64,000 nucleotides of DNA, taken from contig NW_027271164.1 of NCBI RefSeq assembly GCF_040938485.1, positions 2,294,001 to 2,358,000 of the forward strand, in the 5' to 3' direction. This document shows, piece by piece, positions 13,407 through 26,959 of the stretch. The position numbers and the translations under genes are program-made. Under the pieces are notes generated by a model, which worked only from the letters and a program-made list of their open reading frames with translations, did no database searches and had not been told where the DNA came from. The DNA comes from Diadema antillarum (lineage: Eukaryota). How positions within the stretch are numbered: the first letter of the stretch is position 1; each line of letters begins with the position of its first letter.

Positions 13407-13613
13407 CTGTAAAACGAGGAATTTTCGCGTGCATTTTAATTTCGCGAATTTCGCGAGCGCCAAAATTCGCGAAATTAAAATGCACGCGAAAGTTTCTGTC
13501 TACACTACATGCATTGAACACCAGTGGCAATTCACGAAAATTTCATGCCACGAAAAGGGCTGTCGGCTCCAATTCGCGAAAATTTCATGCCGTGAATATA
13601 TCATGTTTTACAG
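13407..13613. mobile_element. CTGTAAAA-type MITE, divergent subfamily
   Basis: TA-CTGTAAAAC...GTTTTACAG-TA with repeated cgcgaaaattt motifs. Confidence 0.8.
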
Positions 13614-14456
13614 TATGTAATACACCATACTGTACTTGTTTGGTTGTAAAAAAAAAAATCAATATAACGAAAGAAAACTGTCGGTCCTTAGGACATTGTT
13701 ATAACGGGATTGCACTGTACTATGTCGATGGAAGTGGACTGAATGTTTAGTGTCTCAAACATACACACACACACACTCACACACACACACACACACACAA
13801 ACACCATCTTTCTATGGTCTCAGTCAATGTTCTACAGACTCTCCTTGTTATTGTATTAGACACAATCAACAGGTAGGATTTTTTATACCAACGCCACGAA
13901 GTGTTGCCGAAGGCATTATGTTTTTGGGTTGTCCGTCCTTCCGTCTGTAATCAATTTTTCACTCTCAAAATTTTACTATTTCCCTCATATTTATGCAATG
14001 CCTGCAGGATTTTTTTAATATTTTATTTAGTGTATTCATTTATTACCCAATAGAGATTCCCTGGGATTTCCCCCCCCCCCCCCCCCCCCCAGGTCTAAGG
14101 TCCAAAGTCGAGTGAAAGTGCTAAATTTCACTTCTTCCTCCATACTGTATCTCAAAAGTGGTTCATGGTATCATCATGAAACTTAGTACAGTTGGTACAC
14201 ATTTACACATGTTCTGCTTGACAGTGATTCTCTTGGGAATTTTAGGGTCATTAGGTTCAAAGGTCAACGATCAAAGGCCAGGTTAAATGCTCAAATTTTA
14301 CTATTCAATACTGAAATGACTTTTTTTTTTCATTCCTTGAAAATTAATCAATGCATAAACATATAAAAAGGTCAAAAGTCAAGTAAAAATCCTCAAATCC
14401 CCCAATACCAGCTCTCATAGACAACAGGCCTATAGCTATTCATCCAATTAAACCTA

Positions 14457-15039
14457 GGGTGCGTTCGAGCGCTCTCCTAAAGCGAACTGTACCGTACTGT
14501 ACCCGCGCCAAAGGAGCGCTCGAACGCTCCTAAAGTGTACCTACCGTTCTGTACCGAGCCAAAAGTGGACCACTTGCCGATGTGCTCCAAAAGCGTACCA
14601 AAGCATACCAAAAGTTTGTTGTAAAGCATGCGCGTATCATGTGCATACGTCACAATGGAAAGACATCATTTTCTTTGTTCAGGACAGCTGAAAATAGTTC
14701 AAGCACCAGGTGGATGACATTCTTGCTACAAACAAGCGCGACCTTTTCTGAAAATAGGGAGCTTTAGATTTTAGACGCGCGGACATTCAAAGGGAAAAAA
14801 ACATGATCTGAGCGTGCGCAGAAGCGTGCGTCAACTTGACCCGCGCTTCTGCGCACGCTCAGATCATGTTTTTTTCCCTTTGAACGTCCGCGCGTCTAAA
14901 ATCTAAAGCTCCCTAATAACTCATGAGGTACGCTATCTCCACAGAGCGCTCGCACGAACACTCCAAAGCTGGCACAGTTCGGTATGGTACGCTTTAGTTC
15001 AGTTCGCTTTGGTTCGCTTTAGAGCGTTCGAATGCACCC
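14457..15039. mobile_element. PIF/Harbinger-type MITE with 3-bp (CTA) duplication
   Basis: CTA-GGGTGCGTTCGA...TCGAATGCACCC-CTA; contains a 157-bp hairpin element at 14757-14913. Confidence 0.8.
14757..14913. mobile_element. near-perfect hairpin MITE nested in 14457-15039
   Basis: GGGAGCTTTAGATTTTAGACGCGCGGAC...GTCCGCGCGTCTAAAATCTAAAGCTCCC, TA on both sides. Confidence 0.85.
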
Positions 15040-15479
15040 CTAGTTCAAGGAAAGTGAATATTCAACACATTTGTGATAAACATTTCATTTTAATATTTGT
15101 CCTGTTAAACTGTCATTACACATTGTCAAGATTTACTTTAGACCTGTTAGGAGAACCATGCATTCTGGCGGAGGCATACCAGTTGTTGTAGCGCCATTTC
15201 TAGTTGTTGTTTTTTGGAGAAGACATTACAGTATCACAAATGTTGCAAAATGATCACACATTATTATAATCAACTACATTGTAGAGTGTATTGAGATACA
15301 TGGGCATGCATAAATCGAGGGTGCTTCTGTACCCCCAATTTTATTTCTCATAGGGGTGCTATGCCCCCTTACTTAAAAAAGTCAGGGGTACTGCAGTAAC
15401 CTCTAGCACATCTGGCTCTCAGGGGCCTGGTACTGTATACCACTCTATAAAGCTGACCTTGTACTTGGTACAGTGTCTG

Positions 15480-15850
15480 ATGCAGCAGAAAATTTGCAAT
15501 GATCATGACATTTAATGCATGGATAGACACAAAAGGCTTTATTCTATGGTATTCTCTTGGATGTACGTGGTTGATACCATTTGCTGACTAATTGCTAGTC
15601 ACCTGGAGTCAGCATTATTCGCCTGTTTTCTGGTGCGGGTATACGGTTTGCACCCTTCTCGAAATGAGTGAAGTGGGACCTTATGTGTAGGACTTCCATT
15701 TAATGTCCTATCCTAGGGAGAACATGTTTTGCCTCTTACTAGAAGGGACACTATGATTACACACAACATTGCCCAACTACAATTGGGAATCGAACCCGAG
15801 TCTTTGTATAGGGAGGTATAGATGCACAAAACTTTTACCGACTGAGCCAA
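15480..15850 (-). mobile_element. tRNA-derived SINE
   Basis: Minus strand has an A-box-like TGGCTCAGTCGGTA and a B-box GGGTTCGATTCCC without a complete cloverleaf; the 3' boundary is approximate. Confidence 0.6.
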
Positions 15851-17409
15851 AATCATCACACTTCAAGCCTTTATTCATGACAGCATATACAGCCAGACTT
15901 CACCTAAGGTTAGGATATGTGCAGGTACATAAACAATGTTCATACTTATTCAATCAAAAGAATAATCTTACATGCACTTTCTCTAATATACTAAGCCTTC
16001 TCACCTTTTCTACGACTGTATATTATGCCTCCCTCCCCCCCCCCCCAACTTGGGTGGTCATGTGTACCGCATGCACATTCCTGATTTTGGGGGGTTTTTT
16101 TAGAGGTAATTTCGTAATCCTTTCTGAATCATTCTGAAATTTGGTTAGTTTCAACCCCCCCAGAAAAGATTCTGAAATCGGGGTATAGTGCGGCACTTCG
16201 TGATATTTGCCCCGATTGCCCCGAATGTGCTTACACTGCTGTGCATGTTTTGCTGCACAGCATGCCAGGCTGGCCTTCTTTTCACAACACTTTGCCACAT
16301 GTGCTACATATACATAACATGTATGTCATGCTGCTTATATGTATAGGCAGGAGCTTTCCTTCCAAAAGCCCATGATAGGGGGGCAAAATCCTGATTTCAC
16401 ACATTTCCATTCGTAAAGGAGGCATATCTCTAGAAGTATGTTACAAGCATATTTGTATGGCATTATGTACATATATATATGACTTGGACAGAGATTTCAC
16501 TGAATAAAAATATGGATGACTCATCAATGTCACTCCAACATAGTGTTTTATTTCTTCCATATATTAAAAACACAAACTCTTTTAATGGGAAAGAAGGGAC
16601 ATACAATGTAGCTTTGTATTGATGATTTTTTTTTTTTTTTTTGGGGGGGGGCAATTAAATGGCAGTCACAGCCATTAGCATAAATATAATGCTGTCTGCA
16701 GTCACAGGTCTATGTTACTTCTGATATCTAACATTTTGATGAAAGTTCAAATGATGTCACGAATACAATTGTACTTGTTTAACTTTTGCTACACATTTTG
16801 GTCTTCATTTGTCTCCTGTGCATGGCAGGCTGCTTGATTCTATTCACCTGAGAATAATCTTCAGTTTCTATTGTAATTTTATATTACATATAAAAACGTA
16901 TTGCACACTCACTTGAGATTATATCACAAATCATAGCATAAGACATATAAACAAATTAGAACACAATGCTAGATATTTCCTAATCATTAATGACATGATC
17001 GTGATATAAAAATGGTTTTGCACACCATCCAGATAGAACGTAATGCCAACAGACATTCAATATTATTTCAGTTGCTAGTGATATTAACAATATTAACAGA
17101 CTTACATCATGAATAATAAAATGCTCATTTCTATTCCGTCTCTCAGTGAACAAAGTGTTGTTGCTAGTTGTTTTTCTTTTCTTTCTTTTGTTTTCAACAC
17201 AGCACACATTTACACTCAACAAAAAGGTAGAGCTAAAATATGCCCAACCTTCTGTGGGCTACAAACAGCAATTAATTGCACTGATGCTTTGTTGCAACTT
17301 CCTTTGGCTGTCAGCTTCTTTTTTTTTTTTTTCAATTCTATAAAAAAATGACATACAGTGTATTTCAATAAAACATATGTCCATACTTCATATTAATGAT
17401 ATTATATAT

Positions 17410-17418
<9 letters not shown>

Positions 17419-17460
<42 letters not shown>
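17419..17460. repeat. (TA)n microsatellite
   Basis: About 20 TA units; (CA)n tracts also occur at ~13762-13798 and ~36826-36858. Confidence 0.95.
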
Positions 17461-17464
<4 letters not shown>

Positions 17465-18103
17465 CATACACTTTCTTTCTTGCTTTCTTTTATTTACAAG
17501 AATCTGCTGGAATGAATTAATGACTGTAGATGTAGGTCCTCATTTAGCAACTCCAGCTCACAGAAACAGCTAGAATAGTCTTGTCACCAGCCAGTCTGGA
17601 TTTGCTGCGCCACCAAACATAATGTGTATCCACGGGAAACTCTCTGCAGTTGCTTTGTACAGGTGTCTCTCCCAGTGTCAAATATCTTCTACATTATCCA
17701 ATTCTTCACTGTGAAAATGAGATGAAATAAAGTAATATTGCATATTAAAAGAATTTAAAGACTCTTAACAGAGTCCTTGTCATACATATGTAAACAGCTC
17801 GTCTCCCCCTCCCCCCGAATAGTCCTCTTCAGTTTTGATTTATGATTTTAAATTGGGATCTAGACATCTGTGCTGTCAGAGAAGTTAAGCTATTGTCCTT
17901 ATCACTTTAACCTGTTGAGGATGGTTTGATTTTGCTACAACACGCATTTCAACCTGCCCGAGTATACTCGGGACTTGTCCTCAATGGGTTAATACAGAAC
18001 AAAAGAAAGAATGCCCTGGTAATGCAACTATTGTATCTACTGTACACTCTGTCTCGGGACATACCGTATCCCTCCTTCTCTCATGAACACAAGACTTTAA
18101 CAG

Positions 18104-18410
18104 AAGACGTTTTCACATCAGCCCGATGTTTCGAAATAGCGCGCTATTTTCTGACTTGGGATATTAACCCAATCACGAAAGAGCGCGCTATTCGATAATG
18201 TGAATACAAATTAGCGCGCTAATTGATCGAGAAAATTTCTCGAGTCCAACTCGGGAAATTTCCGAAATAACAGGATAATTAATGTTAACTAGCGCGCTAT
18301 TTGATAATGTTCGGGCTGATGTGAATAGGAAATGAAATAGCGCACTAATTTGCAATCGCGAAAAATATCTCGAGCTTGGATTTTTATCGGGCTGATGTGA
18401 AAACGCCTTA
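18104..18410. mobile_element. Harbinger-type MITE
   Basis: cgttttcacatcagcccga...tcgggctgatgtgaaaacg terminal inverted repeats and internal tagcgcgcta repeats. Confidence 0.8.
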
Positions 18411-21400
18411 TTAGGTGATGACAATTAGTTGAAGTAATTCTGTACCTCTCAGAGTATACTGCATCTACATATTGTATGCATTCAATCTTTCTTGCCTCTC
18501 AATTCCTTGCAAACCATGTGAAATGTCAATGCTTTATTTTCATTTTATGTTCACTTTTATATATTTATGTTCACAAGTACAGCAGTACATACATGTAATT
18601 TATGCAGATCAAAATGTGTCATATAGGGAGCTGTGAGTTTCAAAGGGCTAAACATCTGTTGATTTATGATACAATTAACAATTTATGCCCCGTGGCAAGT
18701 GTCATTTCACATGCCCTCCCCCCCCCCCCAAAAAAAAACAAACAAACAAACAAACAAATGCATTACTATAATACTGGTATTTTCTGTGTACTAAGTTACA
18801 ACCATGTCTGCCTGCTTTCAGTAGGCCTTTATGATACCATGAAATGAGTAGAGTTAAGGTACAATTCTGATAATACATTTACAAAGCCTGCCATATCCTG
18901 TATGTGTAATTCCCTACAGTGTGCACACACCGAGACAAAAAAGACACAAACATATTTCAACACACAGCAGTTAATAAATTAAAAAAAGGAAAATAAAATC
19001 TCATGGTCACATGACTTCATTTAATTCTGTGGTATCTTTAAATATTAAAGGGTGCTTCCTTAATCAGCTTAAGAGTTGTGACTTGATAGATGCTGGGTGC
19101 GTTTGGAGACAAATGAGTTGGTATATCATGCTTCTCTTTTGAAAGCATAAATAGATTGTGTAGTGGTGTGTGGATAATCAGTCATCCAGTCTATGTAGAA
19201 TGATGAATGGAATAAGAAGGAACATGTGCACTACAAGAAATAAATTTTGGTTCTGTCAAGTGCCAAACTTAATTTCTCTTTTCTTGAATGTTACACATGG
19301 GAGATATGACCTGCATGCTAGTGATAATGAGTTTGTGATGGTACAGACTTGCAGGCCTGTAGATTTAGCTTGAGGAGCAATCAGGTTGATAGAATTGATC
19401 AGTAGACTTGTAGAGTGAAGGCAGAAAAAATAAGGGGGACTAAAACATTCAGACGAAATAACGTAAGAATTATTTTGAAAATATGAGGGACATTTCTTTG
19501 GAAACTTTAATTCATTTCTTTGTTTTTCGATTGAAAGATGACAATGCAGCAAGTACACTTTTAGTTATAAGTAGAATCTTGGGCATGAAATGTCCTAGGT
19601 TTTACCATGGAAAAAAAAAGTAACAAGACAAATAAAGATAACACAGCCTTGTCAGAATCCCGTTCCCGGTTGGAGATAATTTGCACAGTACTCTCAGCTG
19701 GACCAAAAAGTCTAAAAGTGTGTAATTACCTGCATTTATAGCTTTCCATTATACATAGACAGTCATCTGCAAATAGTGGCTACAAATGTTCTTACTCATT
19801 GTCTGGGGGTTGACATAATCCAGACAGTTTCACGTGAATGACAGGAGAAATAACTTGTTTAGATTCTTATATCTCGATCTGTAGCTTTCCTAATTTGTCA
19901 AGCATATTATGGCATCAGTCTTTAATATACTTTAAGTGAATAATGCCATCATACTTGCTTTACTTCAATAATGACCTTATGAAAATCATTCTCTTGCTTT
20001 GATTAGGATTTTACTCATGAATAATCCTAAAAGTAAATGACAAAATATTTCCAGTCTGTCAAAAAATAGAAACTTTGTGACTCAGAAACAAGCAGTGAAA
20101 GTTCTAATTAAAGTCATGATTCAAATTCAAATATAATTTTATTGATTTACATATTATAACAGAATAGACAAAGTATGATAATCTTGACACTACAATGAAG
20201 ACTGTCTTTTGGCTATTACGCATAAAGGAGATTTACATCAATTATATCAAATAACACAGTCATTTCTATCCAGTACACCAGAATAACTACAATACCACTG
20301 GACCTCCCTGTCAGAAGTCACAGCAAGAAAATATTTGAGAATTAAGTTACCGAGACCTCTGACATTGCACTCTTTATCCCAATGATATCATACAAATTTT
20401 ACTTGACCTTCTTGGTTTTTCAGACCACGCTTACAGCCAGCTTTTTATTTCTGGATGGTAGGCAAAGAGGACGGTAGGGCCTACAGGTGGAATGTAAAAT
20501 CTATCCATGTATGCACAAAAAAGAACATTCTCGGTGGAAATGGTGTTTGGTATGTAAACAGGACGGAATGGCTAGCAGCTGTATGTTTACGTGCAGCACA
20601 TGGGCATGTGATAGCTGGCACAGTACAGTGGACGCAAGGGTACCTGTCCTCAGGAATTGAAACAGCTAAAAAATCAGGACGGAGAAAAAGCCAGCACGGT
20701 GGGGTTACCCCTCTATCCTGTATGCCCTATCATCCCGAATTGAAAGCTCCCTCATGAGATGTGGGTTTCAAGACTGAAAATCCAATTTGAACATAATACC
20801 TCTGGCAGAGTCACAAATGTTTCATAAATAGAAGCTGCAATGAAGAAGTGAAATCTAGTCACTTATGCATTCTCTATGCTAAATATATTAGATATATTTA
20901 ATATAATATTGCTTTTAAAGTAATACAGTGATACTCAATATAGCACAGTCATTTTCATAGCTGGTTTCAGAACAGTAACACAAAAAATCCATTGCACAAC
21001 AATGTCTAGAACAGTTTGTCATTTACAATGTCAAGCATGAGATGACATCTATGGTATGAAGGTTTCAAAATACTTGTCACAAAGAGTAACAATCACAGAC
21101 ACCTTTTTATTGACCAATCACTTCAATTTCCCTTTCTAGGATTATTAGATGATTGTCCTTTTAACCTGTTGAAGACTAATCCTGAGTATACATGGGCAGG
21201 TGTCTATGGGAAATGCATGTTATAGCAAAATCAGTTAGTCCTGAAAGGGTTAAGGGATTCAAAGACAATATTGTGCTGTTCATTGAACATACTATCAAGG
21301 AGCAGACAATATACAAAAACCTTGTATGAAGAGTGCCACTCTTCATATCTGAATGCCTGACAGAGTTAATCTACTCCATGTTGGTGTCTTGTTACTCCTA

Positions 21401-22089
21401 TCTTAACCCTACCCAGGCCTGTCTTTTTGGGCTGTTCTATGGCCGGGAGGGTTGAATCGACCCCACCCCCCCCCCCCCCCCCCCCATGAAATTTAGCACG
21501 TGCATTAGCAAACTACAAAAAAAAAATCATTTTTAAAATTAATAATGCTAACTTATGCATGAAATCATACATTTTGCTCTAAATCAGAAAGTAAAGCTCC
21601 TAGAATCCTAATTTATAATAATGAATTTATAATAATCAATTATGATAATATTCGTCGTAGCATTCCTAACAATGTACTTGAAAAAAACCATCTGGTATCA
21701 AAACTAATTTCTTATAAATTGTATTGTTTTTGAATTTATGTATTTCTTTGTTTTTCAACATTTTTGGGGTCTTTTTTTCCCACAAAATTTATGACAAAAC
21801 CTGTTTCAAGCGTAATTATGCTAAAATAAACTGATTTCAGCCGAAGAAAATGAAAATAATCGTATCTTTTTGAATAAGGTGAGAAAACTCCACTTGCATA
21901 AACTTTGTACACAAAATTACATTTCTAAAGCCATTTTTGGTCTGACAAACATGTCTAAGAGGTCATGCAGCAGGTCATAAGTGTCATAAGTTGTGCGAGA
22001 CTTGAAAGTAAAATATATACAGGGAGGATATGCATGTCCCATTCCGTCATAAATTGTAGTTCTCAATTGTAAATAGGACCTCATGCACA

Positions 22090-22520
22090 TTGTCTTACTC
22101 ATTTTTTGCTATTAAAGTTTGGTGAAAATTTGGCCATGCATTTTCAAGAAGAAGATGAAAAAGTAATGTGAAAATTGGGCCACAACTTGGTCACCCCAAA
22201 ACAAGCTCAAAACTACAGTCACCAATGTCACAGGTACTCAAAGCACTAACTATTAAAGCTCTAGTATTTCCTGATCTAGAGGACAACATTTTTAAAGCTG
22301 CCTTTGGGGGCTTTGGGGCCCTGGAGAGGGAGGAGCATGCAGCCCATTTGAACAAATTGAGATCCTATCGCCCTACAAATGCTACCTCCCAAGATGAGTG
22401 AAAATCCATCATGGAGTTTGCAAGAAGAAGTTAAAAATGTAAAAAGTTTAGGCACAATGCATGTCAGACAATGAATGATTGCAACAGCTCATTGAGCGAT
22501 TGGATCAAGTGAGCTAAAAA
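22090..22520. mobile_element. Helentron-like repeat fragment just 3' of the GGACT-A stop codon
   Basis: Repeated gaagaagatg/aaaatgt motifs and a terminal gctcattgagcgattggatcaagtgagctaaaaa hairpin-like end; family label inferred. Confidence 0.5.
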
Positions 22521-22566
22521 TGCACATCATATTCTTCTTAAATGGAATGCTTTGTGGGGTGTAAGC

Positions 22567-24463
22567 TTAAAGAAGTGGTTCAACTTTATCTTCAAACCAG
22601 CCATCATTCCTCCAGTACCTTTCTACATATGGCTTCCCATGTGCACCATAGCTGTCATAGTTACTGTACTTTTCCAGGTCTTTCATGTCAGGTTTGAACT
22701 TTGGCAGGAAGTAGAGCCAACACTGCAGGACTTGGTGTGATGTGGTGTCATTGGCTGGAGTTGTCATCGCTATGGAAACCTGCCTTCTGTCATAGAAACC
22801 AGGGTAGCCTTCCAGCTCATCAAGCTTGGCAAACACACTGTCATTGACCTCGTACACTTCCCCTGCAACATTCTATAGATAGACAAGGGCAAATAAATGC
22901 ATTTGTAATATCAACACTGCATATAATTATGTGACCCTGCATCACAAAACCAACAAAAAGTTGCCAGACATCGATTTTTAGTAAAGGACAGATTCGGAAA
23001 GAGCAGACTCGATGCTTTAAAGGGACTGTACAGTACTGGTTGAGGTGGGGATTCATGTTTTGAACATTCCCAAGTGAGATAATGAAAAGCCTCTTCTGAA
23101 ATATGAAAGAGCATGTAATTTTAAGAAGGATTCAACATTTATTTGATGAAAATTGGTTTTCAAATGGCTGAGATATCAAAAAAAAGTGCGAATAATAAAA
23201 GGCGACATACCACAACTTGATTAGGATCGCTTTGTTTCACCTTGTTTTTGGATATCTCAGCCATTTCAAAACCGAATTTCATCAAATAAACTTTTGATAC
23301 CCCTTAGAACTGCATGCTCTTTGACATCTCATAGAGTGGTTTCTGAATATCTCACAAAACGTTGAAAGCTAAATCCTCACCTCGACCAGAACTGTACACA
23401 CCCTTTAAAATGGTGTGTAAGTCAATTCAAATGGACTCCCCGACAAACCTATCTAAATACTGGAAAGAAAGCACACACTATGGAAAAGTGTGAAGTGAGA
23501 AAAGAGGCTCTGAAGCACAGGGTCTATTCAAGAGCTTAATCTTTACCAAGCTGTGCTAGCTGTGCCATGAAAGGGACAAAACACAGGATATAAACTACCA
23601 GAGCCACAACAATAAAGGGATTATTAGACTAAAGCTGAAATTCAGCATGTTCTATTAACCTATTCTGCCTGTGCTTAATACTAACTTTTCAAAGCAGTAC
23701 TGTCATCCTTTCAAAAGTTATTAGACTTGAAAGTTAAGAGTGTGCAAAGGACTTCAAGAAATGAAAAGCGGCCTTTGAATCTAAGATGCAGACCATGGTA
23801 CATGTAAGTACTCACTTTAGTAAAGTGCACTTTGCTGTGTACATTTCAAAATTTAACTGCACATTGCTCAACATTATACACTTAGGGCCATTCCATGATC
23901 AATAAAGACATATACAGCAAGCAATGAGATATACAGGTAATTGTGTTGTATCAACACTATTTACAGTTATACCAACAAGGCTTATTAATAGCTATGAGTA
24001 CAGAACTTAAATCTATCAAAACAAACAAATAAGCACACAGGCAGTTAGCCCCGGTGGCTATGATTTCCATTCATTCATTTTGTGGTACTCAATTCATTAA
24101 AATTTGATTGTTCACATAAGAATCACTTAGATGCCAACAAAATAAATCATGAAAACAAAGCTATCTTTGATTTTACCCAACATGTACTTGTAAATTATAT
24201 GACATGTCACAATACTGGTAAACCAAACTATGGGAAATTACATAATATTTTTTCTTTTTCTTCTTTCTGCAAATACTTACATGACCTTCCCCTTCACTAT
24301 CCAGAAGGAAAGGAATGTTAAATTCAGAAGCTATCACCAGTGGCCATTTGGACTGTGTCTGACCTTCCCCTATAAGTTTGTAGCCCTCTTTGAAGTCTGT
24401 GATCACATGGTGGTTTGGCTGGCCTCGCTTGAGAGTTCCATACACAAACACAAGATGGCTCAT
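22567..24463 (-). CDS. GGACT: gamma-glutamylamine cyclotransferase (GGACT/AIG2-like), paralog A; exons 24281-24463 and 22567-22872, 162 aa from the first in-exon ATG
   Basis: MSHLVFVYGTLKRGQPNHH...WPLVIASEFNIPFLLDSEGEGH|GTAAGT joins in phase 0 to tag|NVAGEVYEVNDSVFAKLDELEGYP...YDSYGAHGKPYV. The VFVYGTLKRGQPNH, GEVY, catalytic-Glu (LDxxE) and YDSxGxHG motifs are typical of GGACT. Confidence 0.95.
22932..23785. repeat. interspersed repeat in the GGACT-A intron; inverted partner at ~28410-28905
   Basis: For example, 23480-23590 aligns by eye, with few mismatches, to the reverse complement of ~28635-28745; this copy is interrupted at 23021-23404. Confidence 0.85.
23021..23404. mobile_element. 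TTAA-flanked MITE (Kolobok-like termini); related copy ~32438-32834, fragment ~34405
   Basis: TTAA-AGGGACTGTACAG...CTGTACACACCCT-TTAA; the partner repeat near 28815-28825 shows the empty gctTTAAaatg site. Confidence 0.85.
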
Positions 24464-25103
24464 TCTGAAGCTGGCTTTATACTGCTGACACTGCCTGAGA
24501 CTCCACTGAAATGTGTGCCCTGGAAGGTGCTAAACATTGAATGAGAGAGATAACAGTGGAAGTTATTTGATATCATGATCAAAATATCTAATTGTATAAT
24601 TTACTCTGCACTCAATACAGTCATTCAAAACACTTCAAGTTTAGCTAGCTGCAAAAGTGTTCACTGCCTTTGTCTAAGAATGCATGAGATGATACATAAT
24701 GGCCTTGTTGAAAACAAATATGCTTTGAAAAAAAAATTGAGAAAATGTATTTGTAAGAGAATCTGAAGAAAAGGTTTTTGAGACAAACAGATCTGTGAAT
24801 GAACAATGAGCCAATTTGTTGAATGCTATGTACTGTCATTAGAAAAAAAAATCTTGTATGGGAAAAGCACTTGAACAGTGACATTGTTTCACATTATCTT
24901 GATCCCACTAATTACAGTGTCCTTGTGACATTTTGCCTAAAATTGTTCTTACCCCATCATTAATAATACCGATGTTTGATAGAAAAGCATCCAATGTTCT
25001 TTCAAGCATTAATTGCATTGCCGATAACAGATGGAACCGTAGAACTGTACCTTGATCTTTGACCTAGTTTTTCCCCACCCCATACCAAAACGCTTTCTTA
25101 ATA

Positions 25104-26959
25104 TTTCTATGCCCCCACCATGAAGTGTCGCCGCGGGCATTATGTTTGCGGGTTGTCCGTCTGTCAGTCCTTCAGTCCATACTCAATTTTGTGGATGTCC
25201 AGCGTAACATCTAAAAACCGTTAGAGGTATCCTAATGACACTTGGCATGTATACGTATGAGTAGGCGAAGTTGTGCCTATCAATTTTTGGGCACGCATGT
25301 CAAAATTCAAAGGTCAAAAGGTCAAGGTCAAATGCTTAAAATTTCACTATTTCCCCCATATCTATGTAATACATGAAGGTATTTTCTTGAAACTCAGTGT
25401 ATGTGTCTGACATGAACTTCACATGTATCAAATTAAGATTCTCCGAAAGAGTTTCAGGTCGTGAGGTCAAAGGTCAAAGGTCATGTGAAAATGTTAAAAT
25501 TTCACTTTTTTCTCCACATCTCACAGGTTCACAGGTTCAGGGTTTAAATCTTCATGAAACTTAGTACAGATATACTGACTGGCAGTGATTATCCAGGGAA
25601 TTTAGGGGTCATCAGTCAAAGGTCAGGGTCAACTCCTCAAAATGTCACTTTTTCCCTCTTATCTAGATGCAAAGCCTGCAGGATTTTTCTTTAAACTTAG
25701 TGTATGCATGTATTGTGAATTACCCAATAGATATCTTGAAAGTTTCTTGCCAAAAGGTCAAAGGTCAAAAGGTCACAGGTCAAGTGAAAGTGCTAAATTT
25801 CACTTCTTCCTTAAACTTATAAAAGAGTCAAAAGTAATTGATGATAATAATTGATATGATTTATATAGCGCCAAATCCACTCTGCAGAGTGCTCTAGGCG
25901 CGGAAGGAAGAGAAAGTGAAGGAGATAAAGGACATACAAATATCAAATACATGTAATGAGTAGTCAAATTGAGGCTTTAAACAAGTGAGTTTTTAGACTG
26001 CTTTTAAAGGAGTCTGATGAAGAACATTTTTTAAGGCTGAAGGTAAATTATTCCATAAGGTGGGAGCAGCATGGCCAAAGGCACGTGTGCCCCATATTGT
26101 AGTGAATCTTGGAATTATCAGAGAACCGGAGTTGGATGAGCGTAGAGATCTAGCAGGGATGTAATTATGGAGTAAGTCAATGTTATACTGAGGAGCAGCG
26201 CCCTGAATGCAATGAAAAGTCAGAAGTAAAATCTTAAAAATAATGCGATCTTTGACTGGTAACCAATGAAGTGATCTCAAAATAGGGGTGATGTGAGTGT
26301 GCTTCTTGGATAGTGTAATGATGCGTGCTGCCGCATTATGAAGCCTCTGTAGTATGGAGAGCTGAGTTTGTGGTAAGTTAAATAAGATAGAGTTTCCAAA
26401 ATCGAGCCTAGAGGATATCAAGGCATGGACCAATTTTTCGGTAGAAGAGCGGTTCAAATATTTCCTGATGAAGCCGATATTGCGAAGTTGGTATCTTATA
26501 GATCTACAAATGCTAGAAACTTGATGAAACATAGTCATATTACAATCTAGCATTACACCCAGGTTGCGACAGGTTTGGGACACCCTTATTGACATGCCGG
26601 AAGTTTACCTAATTGTGTCTTCGAACCAAACATTAAAAACTCAGATTTATCCGTATTCAATTTCAAAGAATGTGAGTTCAGCCATGAATAAACAAGTAAA
26701 ACTCCTCAAATCCCCCAATACCTACACTCTTAGACAGTATCTAGCCATTCTGATTCAACCTACAAAGTAGTTCAAGGAAAGTGAATATGCAACACATTTG
26801 TGACAGACCTGTCATTTGATATTATTCTTGTTCATTAGGTGAAACTTTCATTACCTGGTACACATTGTCAAGACATTGTACTACACACCTATTAAAAGAA
26901 CCATGCATCATGGCGGAGGCATAGGCCTACCACTAGTCACCATAGCGACATTTCTAGTT
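25104..26959. mobile_element. second Helentron-like repeat copy, interrupted by an L2-type LINE
   Basis: Similar ends and internal ggtcaaaggtca blocks to 13878-15205. Confidence 0.65.
25838..26690 (-). mobile_element. 5'-truncated L2/CR1-group LINE (RT C-terminal region and 3' tail)
   Basis: 200-aa ORF 25993-26595 with RNLGVMLD, ISSRLDFGNS, LQRLHNAAAR, HITPILRSLHWLPV, RAFGHAAPTLWNNLP; 3' tail gcgctatataaat plus ATT-rich repeat. Confidence 0.92.

Larger units (their letters stand above)
13878..15205. mobile_element. Helentron-like non-autonomous repeat containing two nested MITEs
   Basis: Starts ttttttataccaacgccacgaagtgttgccgaaggcattatgtttttgggttgtccgtcc, contains ggtcaaaggtca motifs, ends ggcggaggcata...tttctagtt; related copy at ~25104-26959. 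The Helentron label is an inference from the terminal structure. Confidence 0.65.

Noticed and set aside
15770-15850. tRNA-like A/B boxes here and at ~35820-35890 as tRNA genes
   Set aside because: No complete cloverleaf or acceptor stem; both continue into repeat bodies, so they are called SINE heads.
25993-26595. 200-aa ORF as a host gene
   Set aside because: It is a LINE reverse-transcriptase C-terminal fragment with an L2-type tail.
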